Assembly (NCBI GenBank): GCA_963796055.1
Contig: CAWCKH010000004.1
Span: forward strand, 1,376,001-1,440,000
Origin: an uncultured delta proteobacterium
Lineage (GTDB): Bacteria; Myxococcota; Myxococcia; Myxococcales; Myxococcaceae
Direction: 5' to 3'
DNA: 64,000 bases
In this document: one piece after another, positions 51,030 through 60,305 of the stretch
Layout: each line of letters opens with the position of its first letter
How positions within the stretch are numbered: the stretch's first letter is position 1
The notes under the pieces: generated by a model
Databases searched by the model: none
What the model was told of the DNA's origin: nothing
What the model saw: the letters and a program-made list of their open reading frames with translations, nothing else
Position numbers and translations under genes: made by a program

Positions 51030-52907
51030 ATGCTGGACCCCGCCCACCCGAAGCGTCCTACCCCCCGCGCTGGAAGGCCTCGCCGCCCCACCGCGGACCC
51101 GTACCCGCCCGATGCCCGAACGAGGTGTCTGGCGCCTCGGCGGATTGCCCGGAGCCGGCGCCTCTTCGGGCTGGCCACGGCCGGCTGCCTGCTGTCGATG
51201 GGGGCTCCGGGCCCGGCCGCCGCCGGGTCGAGCGCCGAGTGGCTGGCGTCGATGGAGGGCCCGAGTCCGACCGTCACCTCCAAGTCCGGAGTGGGGACCG
51301 CGCAGGCGAGCGCGAGGGCGAAGGTCACCTCGGAGTCGCTGAAGAGCTTCTGCGCGGATTCGGCGAGCCAGGGCGATCCCGCGCAGGCCAAGGCGGCCGT
51401 CGACGCCTGCGTGAAGCAGCAGAAGCCCGAGCTCGGAAAGACGTACACCATCACCGCCGACTGCACCGTCGGCCGGCTCCAGCCCCTCGACGGGAAGTCG
51501 TACGTGCTCGATGGCGTCTGGGACAACTCCGACATCGGGGGAGGCCGCACCCGGTGGAAGGGACCCGACGGCGCGGTGGTGGGGCGGGACAACGCCAGTG
51601 GCGGGCTTGCGCTGTCGCAGCAATGGGAGGTGCTCTGCCCCGGCCGGGTGAGCGCCTCGGTGCTCTCCAAGGCCCGAGCGCTGGGGCCCGCGGGCGGGGC
51701 CGCCGCGGCCACATCGCAGGCCCCCGCGCCATCGGTCTGCGGAGGCGACGCCTCGTGCACCGAGGTGAACGGCTTCGCGATGTCGGTCGTGGAGTTCCGG
51801 ACCAGCCTGCAGGGCGCCTGGAAGGTTGTCACCACGACTCTCCGTTTCAGGAACAAGCTCGGGCGCCCGCTGGTGCTCGGGTACGTGGTCGGCTCGGGCG
51901 GAGCGACCGACGATCGGGGCAACCGTTACATCGTGAAGGATGGCGACGTGCGCGGCATCGGTCTCATCAGCCACCAGCCCGACGCCAAGTTCGTCATCTC
52001 CCCGGGACAGACGGGTGATGCCCGGTTCACCCTGGTCTGGGGGGGACAGGGCCTGTTCGGCAACACCTTCGACCTGGACCTCACGGTCCGGGAGATCGTG
52101 CCGGTCGGCAACGGCCAGAACACGCTCGGGCCGGAGTTCCCGCTGCAGATCGTCGGCCTGGTCGACGGTGCCCGGGCCGGCGCTCCCACCGTCGCCCAGG
52201 CCGCCGGGACCGCGCCCGCTGGACCGGCTCCCCAGGCGCCCGCGGATTCACAGCCGCCACCCACCGGGACCGCGCCCGCGCAGGGAGGCTCTGCGTCGCC
52301 GTTCGGCGCCCCGGCGATTCCCGGAGTGCCAGGCACGGCGACGACCGCCGGCGGAGCGCACTGTGCTCCGGGCTCGAGCTGCCAGGACGCCGGTCCGTTC
52401 AGTGTCACCCTCGCCCAGTCCGCGGCCGCGGTGAGCGGGAAGAACCGGGTGGTCCGCTTCTCCATCCGGGTGAAGAACCAGACCGCGCAGCCGCTGGCGC
52501 TCGCCTACAAGGCGGGGACGAACGCCGCCGTCGACGAGCTGGGCAATGCCTACACGTGGGGAAGGCCGGGCACGCACGATGGAAGCGCACAGGGGATCGG
52601 GACGATCGAGGGCGCACGCATCGATCCACAGTTCCAGCTCGCTCCCGGTGCGAGCCGCGAGGCGCAGCTGGTGCTCACCGCCTTCGACGCCGGTCCCAAG
52701 CCGGCAGGCCGGACCTACACCCTGAACACGGTGCTGGTGGAGCTGCGCGGAATGCCCAACGGACAGCAGTGGCAGAAGGTCCGCGAGTACGCCATCCACC
52801 TGCCCGGAGCGGGAACCGCTGCCACCCCTGCCGTGAGCCAGAACCCGGCGAACGACGGCATCCAGAAGGCGAGCGATCTCCTCAAGGGACTGCTGGGGGG
52901 CAAGTAG
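51030..52907 (+). CDS. Secreted multidomain protein with two repeated beta-sandwich-like domains
   Basis: SRRLF plus a hydrophobic signal; Cys pairs; repeats LRFRN...ATDDRGNRY and IRVKN...AVDELGNAY separated by a P/A linker. Start uncertain. Confidence 0.75.
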   Translation: MLDPAHPKRPTPRAGRPRRPTADPYPPDARTRCLAPRRIARSRRLFGLATAGCLLSMGAPGPAAAGSSAEWLASMEGPSPTVTSKSGVGTAQASARAKVTSESLKSFCADSASQGDPAQAKAAVDACVKQQKPELGKTYTITADCTVGRLQPLDGKSYVLDGVWDNSDIGGGRTRWKGPDGAVVGRDNASGGLALSQQWEVLCPGRVSASVLSKARALGPAGGAAAATSQAPAPSVCGGDASCTEVNGFAMSVVEFRTSLQGAWKVVTTTLRFRNKLGRPLVLGYVVGSGGATDDRGNRYIVKDGDVRGIGLISHQPDAKFVISPGQTGDARFTLVWGGQGLFGNTFDLDLTVREIVPVGNGQNTLGPEFPLQIVGLVDGARAGAPTVAQAAGTAPAGPAPQAPADSQPPPTGTAPAQGGSASPFGAPAIPGVPGTATTAGGAHCAPGSSCQDAGPFSVTLAQSAAAVSGKNRVVRFSIRVKNQTAQPLALAYKAGTNAAVDELGNAYTWGRPGTHDGSAQGIGTIEGARIDPQFQLAPGASREAQLVLTAFDAGPKPAGRTYTLNTVLVELRGMPNGQQWQKVREYAIHLPGAGTAATPAVSQNPANDGIQKASDLLKGLLGGK

Positions 52908-53628
52908 ACCCGGGCCGGCGTCGCAGCCGGTCGAAGGAGATCACTCCCAGGAGGAGGAAGAACCCGAGGGACACCAGCAGGTGCCACCAGGCGTGCAGCT
53001 GCGGGTTGGGGATCCCGTCGGCCGGGAGCGTGATGCTCACCCAGTGGCATGCCTTCAGATCCACGAACCAGACCGCGATCCCTGTCGCGTACGCAGCGAG
53101 CCCGAGCGCGAACTGGGCCCGCACCTCCCTGTTCTCCGGGCGCAGCGCGAGCCAGCTCACCCGGCCCAGGCAGAAGATCTCCAGCGCGCCGAAGCTGACG
53201 TGGAAGGCGAGGAACTGCGCGCCGCCGCGGTTCAGCGTCGCTCCCGCGGTGGCGAGCAGCACGTACCCGACCAGCGCTGCCGGAAACCAGCCCCCCAGTC
53301 GCCGGTTCGGCCTGTTCTCGACCAGCAGCCACACCAGCCAGGTGACGAGGTACAGCATCGGCAGCTCGTCCAGCATCTGCAGCTCGAAGCGGAGGGTCCC
53401 GTGGAAGGCGATGCTTCCGAGCCCCACCACCAGCAGGAGCGCGAAGGCGAAGCGGATCTCCGCGGCAAAGCGGCGCGTCGACACCCCCAGCAACCCGGCG
53501 ATCACCATCGCCAGGCTGGAGAGCGTGTTCCAGAACTCGGCCACCCACGGGGTGACGGCGTAGTTCTGCTCGCACCAGTCGATGCTCGCCGTGGGGACGC
53601 CCCAGAAGCCCGACGGGTCGACCGGCAC
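52882..53628 (-). CDS. Alkaline ceramidase-like 7TM hydrolase (CREST superfamily)
   Basis: IDWCEQNY...AEFWNTLSS, GSIAFH (SxxxH), QMLDELPM, WFVD...C and HAWWH (HxxxH). Confidence 0.88.
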   Translation of the reverse strand: MPVDPSGFWGVPTASIDWCEQNYAVTPWVAEFWNTLSSLAMVIAGLLGVSTRRFAAEIRFAFALLLVVGLGSIAFHGTLRFELQMLDELPMLYLVTWLVWLLVENRPNRRLGGWFPAALVGYVLLATAGATLNRGGAQFLAFHVSFGALEIFCLGRVSWLALRPENREVRAQFALGLAAYATGIAVWFVDLKACHWVSITLPADGIPNPQLHAWWHLLVSLGFFLLLGVISFDRLRRRPGSTCPPAVP

Positions 53629-53686
53629 GGCGGGCAGTCTAGCCGGCCGGCGCCCTCGGGTGGCCGTTCAGCGCACCCGCATCGAC

Positions 53687-54939
53687 TCAGCCCACCAGCT
53701 CGGCCCGTGGCACGTCGGAGCGGAGTCGCCGCCCGGTGACCTGCATCATCATGAACAGCGTGAGGACAGCGCCCACGGTGATGCTCAGTCCGGTGAAGCC
53801 CTTGAGCAGGAAGGTCAGCGAGAAGCCCACCAGGTACACCAGCTGCGCCAGCCCCATCTCCGGAGTGCGAACCGCCAGCCGACCAGCCACTGCGCGTAGG
53901 TCACCGCGAGGAGGATCGAGACCCCGCTGGACAGTGCCAGCGCCACCCACAGCGGCACGTGGTCCGCGAGGTAGGCGAAGAGCAGGTGGTCGGCGAAGAA
54001 GGCGCAGCCGATGAGGAACCAGGACAGCGGATGGAGGCGATGGCCACGGCCCTCGGCGAGCAGCCCGACGACGAAGAAGTAGAAGAGCAGCGCCACGGGA
54101 GCGAAGAAGGTGATGCGCGCCGCGAGCGGTCCGGGATTCGTCTTCTGCGGCAGCTCGAGCGAGATGGGCGCGTTGCCCACCAGGCTGCGGAACTCCCAGG
54201 TCCCGCGCCAGCCAGGCCCGTCGGCGGACGCACGGCTGGGCGAGATGCTCCCCGGGGAGAAGTCGATCCCGCGGGCGTTGCTGCGCAGCTCGAGCGAGAA
54301 GTCGCGGATGACCGAGCTCCCGGCGGCGGCCGGGCGGTACGTCCAGGAGGAAGTTCCGCGCGTGCGGTAGCGCACCCGGAAGCCGTGCCGCGCGGACGGG
54401 TCGAGCCTGACCGACCAGTGGGCTGCGCCCCCGTCGACCTCCGCGCCGATGGGCTGCTCCTTCTCGTCCAGGACCTCGAAGCCGTCGTAGATGGCGCCGT
54501 GCGCCGGAAGAGGAAAGCTCAGGGTCACCCACCGGACCTGGGTGGTGTCGTTCAGAACGACGTAGCGACCCTCGAAATCGACGGCGTAGGTGGGGAACCA
54601 GAGCAGCCCCTTCTGCCTGTGCTCGAGCGCGAGCGAGGCGCGGGCCTGGGTGGAGACGAGCGGGAGCGGGAGGGAGACCTCCTCCATCTTCTGCACCCCC
54701 GACTCGTACGGTCGGCCGTTCGCGTCGTAGAGCGTCCGTCGCTCTTCCCGGTGGCGCTGCTCGGTGTACTGCCCGGAGGGTGCGGCCTGGTCGAGCGGGG
54801 GACCCCAGAGCTGGTGGACCTCGTTCACCAGCGCGGAGGACGTCTCGCCCGAGCGCACCAGCAGCGTGGCCCCGAGCAGCATCCAGGCGATGGTGCAGCC
54901 TGCCCAGACCACTCCCAGCACGACGTAGCGGCGGATCAT
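53687..54939 (-). pseudogene. CreD-like inner membrane protein with a single frameshift near 53860
   Basis: The main frame reads ...GWRFALR and continues in another frame as EMGLAQLVYLVGFS...GFTGLSITVGAVLTLFMMMQVT. HPLSWFLIG and LLFAYLADH are CreD-like. Confidence 0.7.
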
Positions 54940-54953
54940 GTCGGCGCCCGGGA

Positions 54954-54969
54954 AGCAGCGGCCGTGCCA
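54954..54969 (-). promoter_or_regulatory. Sigma54 (-24/-12) promoter for the CreD-like gene
   Basis: Minus-strand TGGCACGGCCGCTGCT with GG-N10-GC spacing, 15 nt upstream of ATG 54939. Confidence 0.55.
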
Positions 54970-55076
54970 TGGACACCCGCGCCGGGTCAGCGGACGACCG
55001 GCGGCGTGGGGGCCACAGACGGGTGGCCGCGTGGCCACGGGTCCCCCGGACCACGCTCAGGCGCCGCCTTCGAGGG

Positions 55077-55271
55077 TCAGCTGCGGAAATCGCGGGCGAT
55101 CGCGGCGAACGCCTCGTCGACCGAGCGGGCGATGGTGGTCTGGAGGTCGTCACCCGCCACCGCGCGAATCCGGACGAGCAGCTCAGCCAGGCGTCGAGCC
55201 AGAGCGGCGGTGCGGGGCTCGGTGGCGTGCTCGACGGTCTCGGGGGTCACGGCGGTCATTCGCTTCTCCAT
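55077..55271 (-). CDS. Small helical hypothetical protein
   Basis: 64-aa ORF with typical codon usage; no motif recognised. Confidence 0.45.
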   Translation of the reverse strand: MEKRMTAVTPETVEHATEPRTAALARRLAELLVRIRAVAGDDLQTTIARSVDEAFAAIARDFRS

Positions 55272-55584
55272 GCATTGGCCGCCCGGACTCACCGGTGCGG
55301 CGGGTGTCACTGGTGTTCACGCGGAAGACCCGCCGCGCTCGCCTCGTTGCCCCGTACTGCCTTGGTGAGGGGGGACTGTGCTGGTGGGCTGGCGCCCACA
55401 CCCGGTCGGGCCGGGTGCATCCATTTCGGTGGATGCACGTCGCTCCCTGCAACTCAGGGGTGGGAACGCACGGGCCGGCACTGCTTCGGAGGTCTCCGGT
55501 GAAGGCTTCTCGCATCCGCCAGCCCGACGTCCTCCGTTCGGACAGCGCGCCGGCGCCTCCGCCCAGCGCTGCCCCGAGCGCGAG

Positions 55585-55951
55585 GCCCTGCGGACCGGCC
55601 TCATGGTCGGGGGCGGCCTGGTCTTCCTGGCCGGGCTGATCACCGCGGCGGCCCTCGCCAGCAGCCAGGCCACGCAGTGCACGCCGATCACCCCCAGCAG
55701 CTTCTCCCTTCCGTCCTGTCAGTCTCCAGCCCCGGTCGATCCCGCGCTCGGCTGGCTGGCGCTGGGGGGCGTTGTGGCGGATCGATCCCGAGCCAGTGGG
55801 CACCGTCGGGAAGCGCCAGCTCGCCGAGACGTACAACCGCGAGCTCTGGGACCGCCTCTCGAGCGAGCCGCATGCCGAGGCCGTCGACGTCCACGTCGCT
55901 CCCCATCTGGGGAAGGACGGAGCTGGAATCGGGATGGCGGTTCGCTTCTAG
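55585..55951 (+). pseudogene. Frameshifted remnant of a membrane protein ending in a C-terminal Phe
   Basis: LRTGLMVGGGLVFLAG...LGWLALGGVVA, then a +1 shift at about 55780 to IDPEPVG...YNRELW...APHLGKDGAGIGMAVRF*. Confidence 0.5.
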
Positions 55952-55979
55952 CCCCTGGCCGGCTAGCGTCGGCAAAGCG

Positions 55980-57479
55980 ATGGGGATCGCCGAGTACGGG
56001 ACCCTCGATGCGGTGGCGATGGCCGAGCTCGTCCGCCGGAGCGAGGTGACACCGCGGGAGCTGGTGGACGAGGCCATCGCTCGCATCGAGCGGGTCAATC
56101 CGCAGCTGAACGTCGTCGTCGAGCGGCTCTTCGACCGGGCCCGCGAGAGCGCCGCCGCGCGCCTCCCCGACGGCCCGTTCCGGGGCGTGCCCTTCGCCAC
56201 CAAGAACCTGCTCGCGCCCATCTCCGGGGTGAGGATCGACGCCGGGAGCCGCTTCTTTCACGGGCACGTCGCCGCGCGGGACAGCACCCTCATCTCCCGC
56301 TACCGCCAGGCGGGACTGCTGTTCCTCGCCACCACCAACACCCCCGAGCTGGGGCTGCTCCCGTTCACCGAGCCCGAGCTGCACGGTCCCACCCGGAACC
56401 CTTACGACCCGGCGAGGACGTCCGGCGGCTCCAGCGGTGGTTCGGCGGCCCTCGTCGCCTCGGGAGCGTTGCCCATGGCCCACGCCAGCGACGGCGGCGG
56501 GTCGATCCGCATTCCTTCTTCGTGCTGCAACCTGTTGGGTCTGAAGCCGTCACGCGGGCGGGTGCCGGTGGGCCCGGACTTCCAGGAGATCTGGCACGGC
56601 TTCGTCTGCGACCACGTGGTGAGCCGCACGGTGCGGGACAGCGCGGCGGCGCTCGACGCGGTCCAGGGGTCCGAGCCGGGCGCGCTGTACCACGCGCCCC
56701 GGCCCGAGCGGCCGTATCTCGAGGAGGTCACCCGTTCGCCGCGACGGCTGCGGATCGCGCTCTCGGTGACACCGCCCCTGCCGTCGCGCGTGGACCCGCG
56801 CTGTGCGGAGGCGGCGCGGGCGGCGGGGCGGCTCTGCGAGTCTCTGGGGCACGTGGTGGAGGAGGCCGCGCCCGTCTTCCATCCCCGTGAGCTCGCCAAG
56901 GCGTTCTTCACCATCGTCGTTTCCGAGGCCGCGTCGGACATCCGGCGGGGCGAGGAGCTGATGGAGAAGAAGGCCCGCCCGCGCGACTTCGAGGACTCGA
57001 CCTGGCTGGTGGCGCTGCTCGCCCGCGAGGTCAGCGCCGCCGACTTCGCCTCCTCGATGGCGATGCTGCGCGACGTGAGCAAGCACCTCTCGCGGTTCCT
57101 CGAGACCTACGACCTGCTGCTCACCCCGACGCTCGCGCGCCCCCCGCCGCTCATCGGCGAGCTACTGCCAAGGGGGCTGGAGAAGCGCGTCCAGGCCATC
57201 GCCGCGGCGACCTCGTCCTCGCTGCTCTTGAAGCTCGGTGGAGGAATCGACGCCGCGGTGGACCGGGTCTTCGACTTCATTCCCTTCACCCCGCTGGCCA
57301 ACTTCGCCGGCCTGCCGGCGATGTCGGTTCCGCTCGGCGAGGCGGACGGACTGCCCGTCGGCGTGCAGTTCGTCGGACGCTTCGCGGACGAGGCGACGCT
57401 GTTCCAGCTCGCCGGGCAGCTGGAGCAGGCAGCGCCGTGGACTGCTCGGCGGCCGCAGGTCTCGGCCGAATCGAGATGA
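55980..57479 (+). CDS. Amidase-signature family enzyme
   Basis: GPFRGVPFATKN (catalytic Lys), TNTPELG, GGSSGGSA, DGGGSIRIPSS, GLKPSRGRV. Confidence 0.95.
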   Translation: MGIAEYGTLDAVAMAELVRRSEVTPRELVDEAIARIERVNPQLNVVVERLFDRARESAAARLPDGPFRGVPFATKNLLAPISGVRIDAGSRFFHGHVAARDSTLISRYRQAGLLFLATTNTPELGLLPFTEPELHGPTRNPYDPARTSGGSSGGSAALVASGALPMAHASDGGGSIRIPSSCCNLLGLKPSRGRVPVGPDFQEIWHGFVCDHVVSRTVRDSAAALDAVQGSEPGALYHAPRPERPYLEEVTRSPRRLRIALSVTPPLPSRVDPRCAEAARAAGRLCESLGHVVEEAAPVFHPRELAKAFFTIVVSEAASDIRRGEELMEKKARPRDFEDSTWLVALLAREVSAADFASSMAMLRDVSKHLSRFLETYDLLLTPTLARPPPLIGELLPRGLEKRVQAIAAATSSSLLLKLGGGIDAAVDRVFDFIPFTPLANFAGLPAMSVPLGEADGLPVGVQFVGRFADEATLFQLAGQLEQAAPWTARRPQVSAESR

Positions 57480-57609
57480 CGGTCCGCTCAGCGAGCGCCC
57501 GGGTGGAAGAACGCCGCCAACGTGCCGGTGGCCAGGGCCATGAGCAACGCGGCAAGGACCGGTCGAGGCAGCTCTTCCGAGACCGTCAGCGCCTCCGTCA
57601 CGGACCGAC

Positions 57610-57906
57610 TCAGGTCGCGGCGAGCTGGTCCGCTTCCTCGGCGAGCTTGGTGTCCCGCCCGGTCAGCCCGCCTGCGTCATGGGTGACCAGGGCCAGCGTC
57701 ACCTTCGAGTAGCGGATGTCGATGTCCGGGTGGTGGTCGGCCGCCTCCGCTGCGTCCGCGACCCGGTTCACGAAGGCCATCGCGGCGCGAAAATCCGGGA
57801 AGGCGAATGTCCGGCGGATCATCCCCCCGTCCAGCGCCCAGCCGGGGTGCGCCTTCAGCCAGCCCTGCACCTCTGTGTCCCCGAGCTTCGTCCGGTCGCG
57901 TGCCAT
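57610..57906 (-). CDS. phhB: Pterin-4-alpha-carbinolamine dehydratase
   Basis: AEAADHHPDIDI, THDAGGLT. Confidence 0.92.
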   Translation of the reverse strand: MARDRTKLGDTEVQGWLKAHPGWALDGGMIRRTFAFPDFRAAMAFVNRVADAAEAADHHPDIDIRYSKVTLALVTHDAGGLTGRDTKLAEEADQLAAT

Positions 57907-57917
57907 GGCCCGGCTCT

Positions 57918-59402
57918 CTACGCCCGTTCCACCGCCCGCTTCCACTTCGCCAGGGCGTGGGCGCGCGAACTGTCGTCCATCTTCGGCTTGAACGTCTTCG
58001 CCGCCCGCCAGGAGCCGCGGATCTCCTCGGGGTCCTTCCACAGGCCCGTCCCGATGCCGGCGAGGAACGCCGCACCTGCGGCCGTGGTCTGAAGATTCCG
58101 CGGCCGGACCACCGGGACGCCGAGGATGTCCGCCTGGTACTGCATGAGGAGGTCGTTCGCGCTCGCGCCGCCGTCCACCTTGAGCACGGGGATCGGCTGT
58201 CCCGAGTCCGCGGTCATCGCCTGTGCCAGCTCGTAGGTCTGCAGCGCGATGCCCTCGAGCACCGCCCGGGCCACGTGGCCCAGGTTGGTCGAGCGGTCCA
58301 TGCCCATCAGCAGTCCGCGCGCCTCGGGCCTCCAGTGCGGCGCCCCCAGGCCCGCCAGCGCGGGGACGAAGACCACCTCCCCCGAGGTCTCCACGCTCCG
58401 GGCGAGCTTCTCCACCTGTGCCGACTTCTTGATCGCCTGCAACCCGTCGCGAAGCCATTGCACCGCCGCGCCGGCGACGAAGCTCGACCCCTCGAGCGCG
58501 TAGGTGGTCGTGTCGCCGAGCTGCCAGGCCACGGTGCTCAGCAGCCCCGTCTTCGACATGACCGGCTGTGAACCGGTGTTCATCAGCAGGAAGCTGCCCG
58601 TCCCGTAGGTGCACTTCGACTCGCCCGGACGGAAGCAGGCCTGTCCGAACAACGCCGCCTGCTGGTCTCCCGCCATCCCCGAGACCGGGACCCCATCGGG
58701 AAGCGCGTCCATTCCCTTGGTCGTCCCGTAGACTTCGGCGGAGCTGCGGACTTCCGGGAGGACCTGGGGCGGGATTCCGAACAGCTCGATCATCGCCTCG
58801 CTCCAGCCCCGGTTGCGCAGGTCGTAGAGCAGGGTCCGGCTGGCGTTGGAGGCATCGGTCAGGTGACGCTTTCCACCGGTCAGCCGGTAGACCAGCCACG
58901 AATCGATGGTGCCGAAGCACAGCGCGCCGGCCTCGGCCAGGGTGCGGAGACCCTCGACGTTGTCCAGCAGCCAGCGCAGCTTGGTGGCGCTGAAGTACGG
59001 GTCGAGGACCAGGCCGGTCGTCTCGCGGACCCGTTCCTCTTCGCCCCTGGACTTCAGCTCGGCGCACAGGTCCGCGGTGCGGCGGTCCTGCCAGACGATG
59101 GCCCGGGCGAGCGGCTCGCCGGTCTCGCGGTGCCACACCGCCGTGGTCTCGCGCTGGTTGGTGATGCCGATGGCCGTCACCATGTCCGGGCGGATGTCGG
59201 CGTCGGCGAGCCCTTTCTTGCAGCAGCGCTCGACCGTCTTCCAGATCTCGCGCAGGTCGTGCTCCACCCAGCCGGGCCGCGGGAAGTGCTGCGTGAATTC
59301 CCGGTACGCCTCCCCCACGACCTCCAGCCGGTCGTCGACGACGAGGACGTGGGTGCCGGTCGTGCCCTGATCGATTGCGAGGAGGTAGCGCCGCTTGGCC
59401 AT
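57918..59402 (-). CDS. glpK: Glycerol kinase
   Basis: IDQGTTG, GITNQRETT, WQDRRT, DPYFSATK, TDASNASRT, GDQQAALFG, YALEGS, VDGGA. Confidence 0.97.
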   Translation of the reverse strand: MAKRRYLLAIDQGTTGTHVLVVDDRLEVVGEAYREFTQHFPRPGWVEHDLREIWKTVERCCKKGLADADIRPDMVTAIGITNQRETTAVWHRETGEPLARAIVWQDRRTADLCAELKSRGEEERVRETTGLVLDPYFSATKLRWLLDNVEGLRTLAEAGALCFGTIDSWLVYRLTGGKRHLTDASNASRTLLYDLRNRGWSEAMIELFGIPPQVLPEVRSSAEVYGTTKGMDALPDGVPVSGMAGDQQAALFGQACFRPGESKCTYGTGSFLLMNTGSQPVMSKTGLLSTVAWQLGDTTTYALEGSSFVAGAAVQWLRDGLQAIKKSAQVEKLARSVETSGEVVFVPALAGLGAPHWRPEARGLLMGMDRSTNLGHVARAVLEGIALQTYELAQAMTADSGQPIPVLKVDGGASANDLLMQYQADILGVPVVRPRNLQTTAAGAAFLAGIGTGLWKDPEEIRGSWRAAKTFKPKMDDSSRAHALAKWKRAVERA

Positions 59403-59455
59403 GGGGCCCGGCAGGGTAGCGGATCTGGGGTAACGAGGTGTCTGGCACCTCGTTT

Positions 59456-60256
59456 TCAGCGCACTGCGGCAGGACCCAGGGTTCGCTCCACGAACGCCGT
59501 CACCTCGGCCGCCACCAGCTCGTGATTCCGGTCCCGGGGGAGGATGTGGGCGCTGTTCTCGATGCGGACGTAGCGCACGGACGGGGATTTCTCGAGCCTG
59601 CGTACCAGCCCGGCCGCTCCCGCCTCTTCCACCACGTGGTCCTCGGCGGCGACCACGACCAGCACCGGGCAGGTCACCCGCGCCGCCGAGCCCCAGGCGA
59701 GGTCCTGCACCTCCCAGAGGTCCCGCAGCCGCGCCGAGGGCCAGGCACGGAGTACCGGCGCCTCGGCCCGGGCCGCCGTGTCCAGCAGGTCCGTCGTGTG
59801 CTTCAGCACCCACGGGCGCAGCCACTCCAGCAGCGGAGCCGCCGCGCGCACTCTCCGCAGCGAGTTCAGCGTCCGGTCCCGGAAGCGCACCGCGGGCGCG
59901 AGCGCCGCCACCCCGGCCACCCGATCGGGATGGCGCGCCGCGAGCACCAGCCCGAGCAGCGCGCCCATCGACAGCCCGGCGACTGCCACTCGCCGGCCGG
60001 GAAGCCTCGCCAGCCCCTCGTCGCAAGCCAGGAGCCAGTCCGGCGCCCGGGCCTCGAGCATTGCCGCGGGTGTGGTCCCGTGGCCGGGGAGGCGCGGCGC
60101 GTTCACCGCGATGCCGGCGCGCGCGAGCGCCTCGCCCAGCGGCCGCACGTCCCAGGGCGTGCCGGTGAATCCGTGGATCAGCAGGCACGCACCCCGTTCG
60201 CCCGGCAGCGCGAAGGAGGCGGTCTTGCCGTCGTCCAGCGCGACGTCGGTCGGCAC
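59456..60256 (-). CDS. Carboxylesterase/monoacylglycerol lipase-like alpha/beta hydrolase
   Basis: HGFTG, LPGHG, GLSMG, EDHVV, SAH; start uncertain (GTG 60256). Confidence 0.88.
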   Translation of the reverse strand: MPTDVALDDGKTASFALPGERGACLLIHGFTGTPWDVRPLGEALARAGIAVNAPRLPGHGTTPAAMLEARAPDWLLACDEGLARLPGRRVAVAGLSMGALLGLVLAARHPDRVAGVAALAPAVRFRDRTLNSLRRVRAAAPLLEWLRPWVLKHTTDLLDTAARAEAPVLRAWPSARLRDLWEVQDLAWGSAARVTCPVLVVVAAEDHVVEEAGAAGLVRRLEKSPSVRYVRIENSAHILPRDRNHELVAAEVTAFVERTLGPAAVR

Positions 60257-60305
60257 CGCCCCGCCTCTGGAAACCCGCGCGGCAGGGGCGGTATGCAGGC
60301 GCTCC

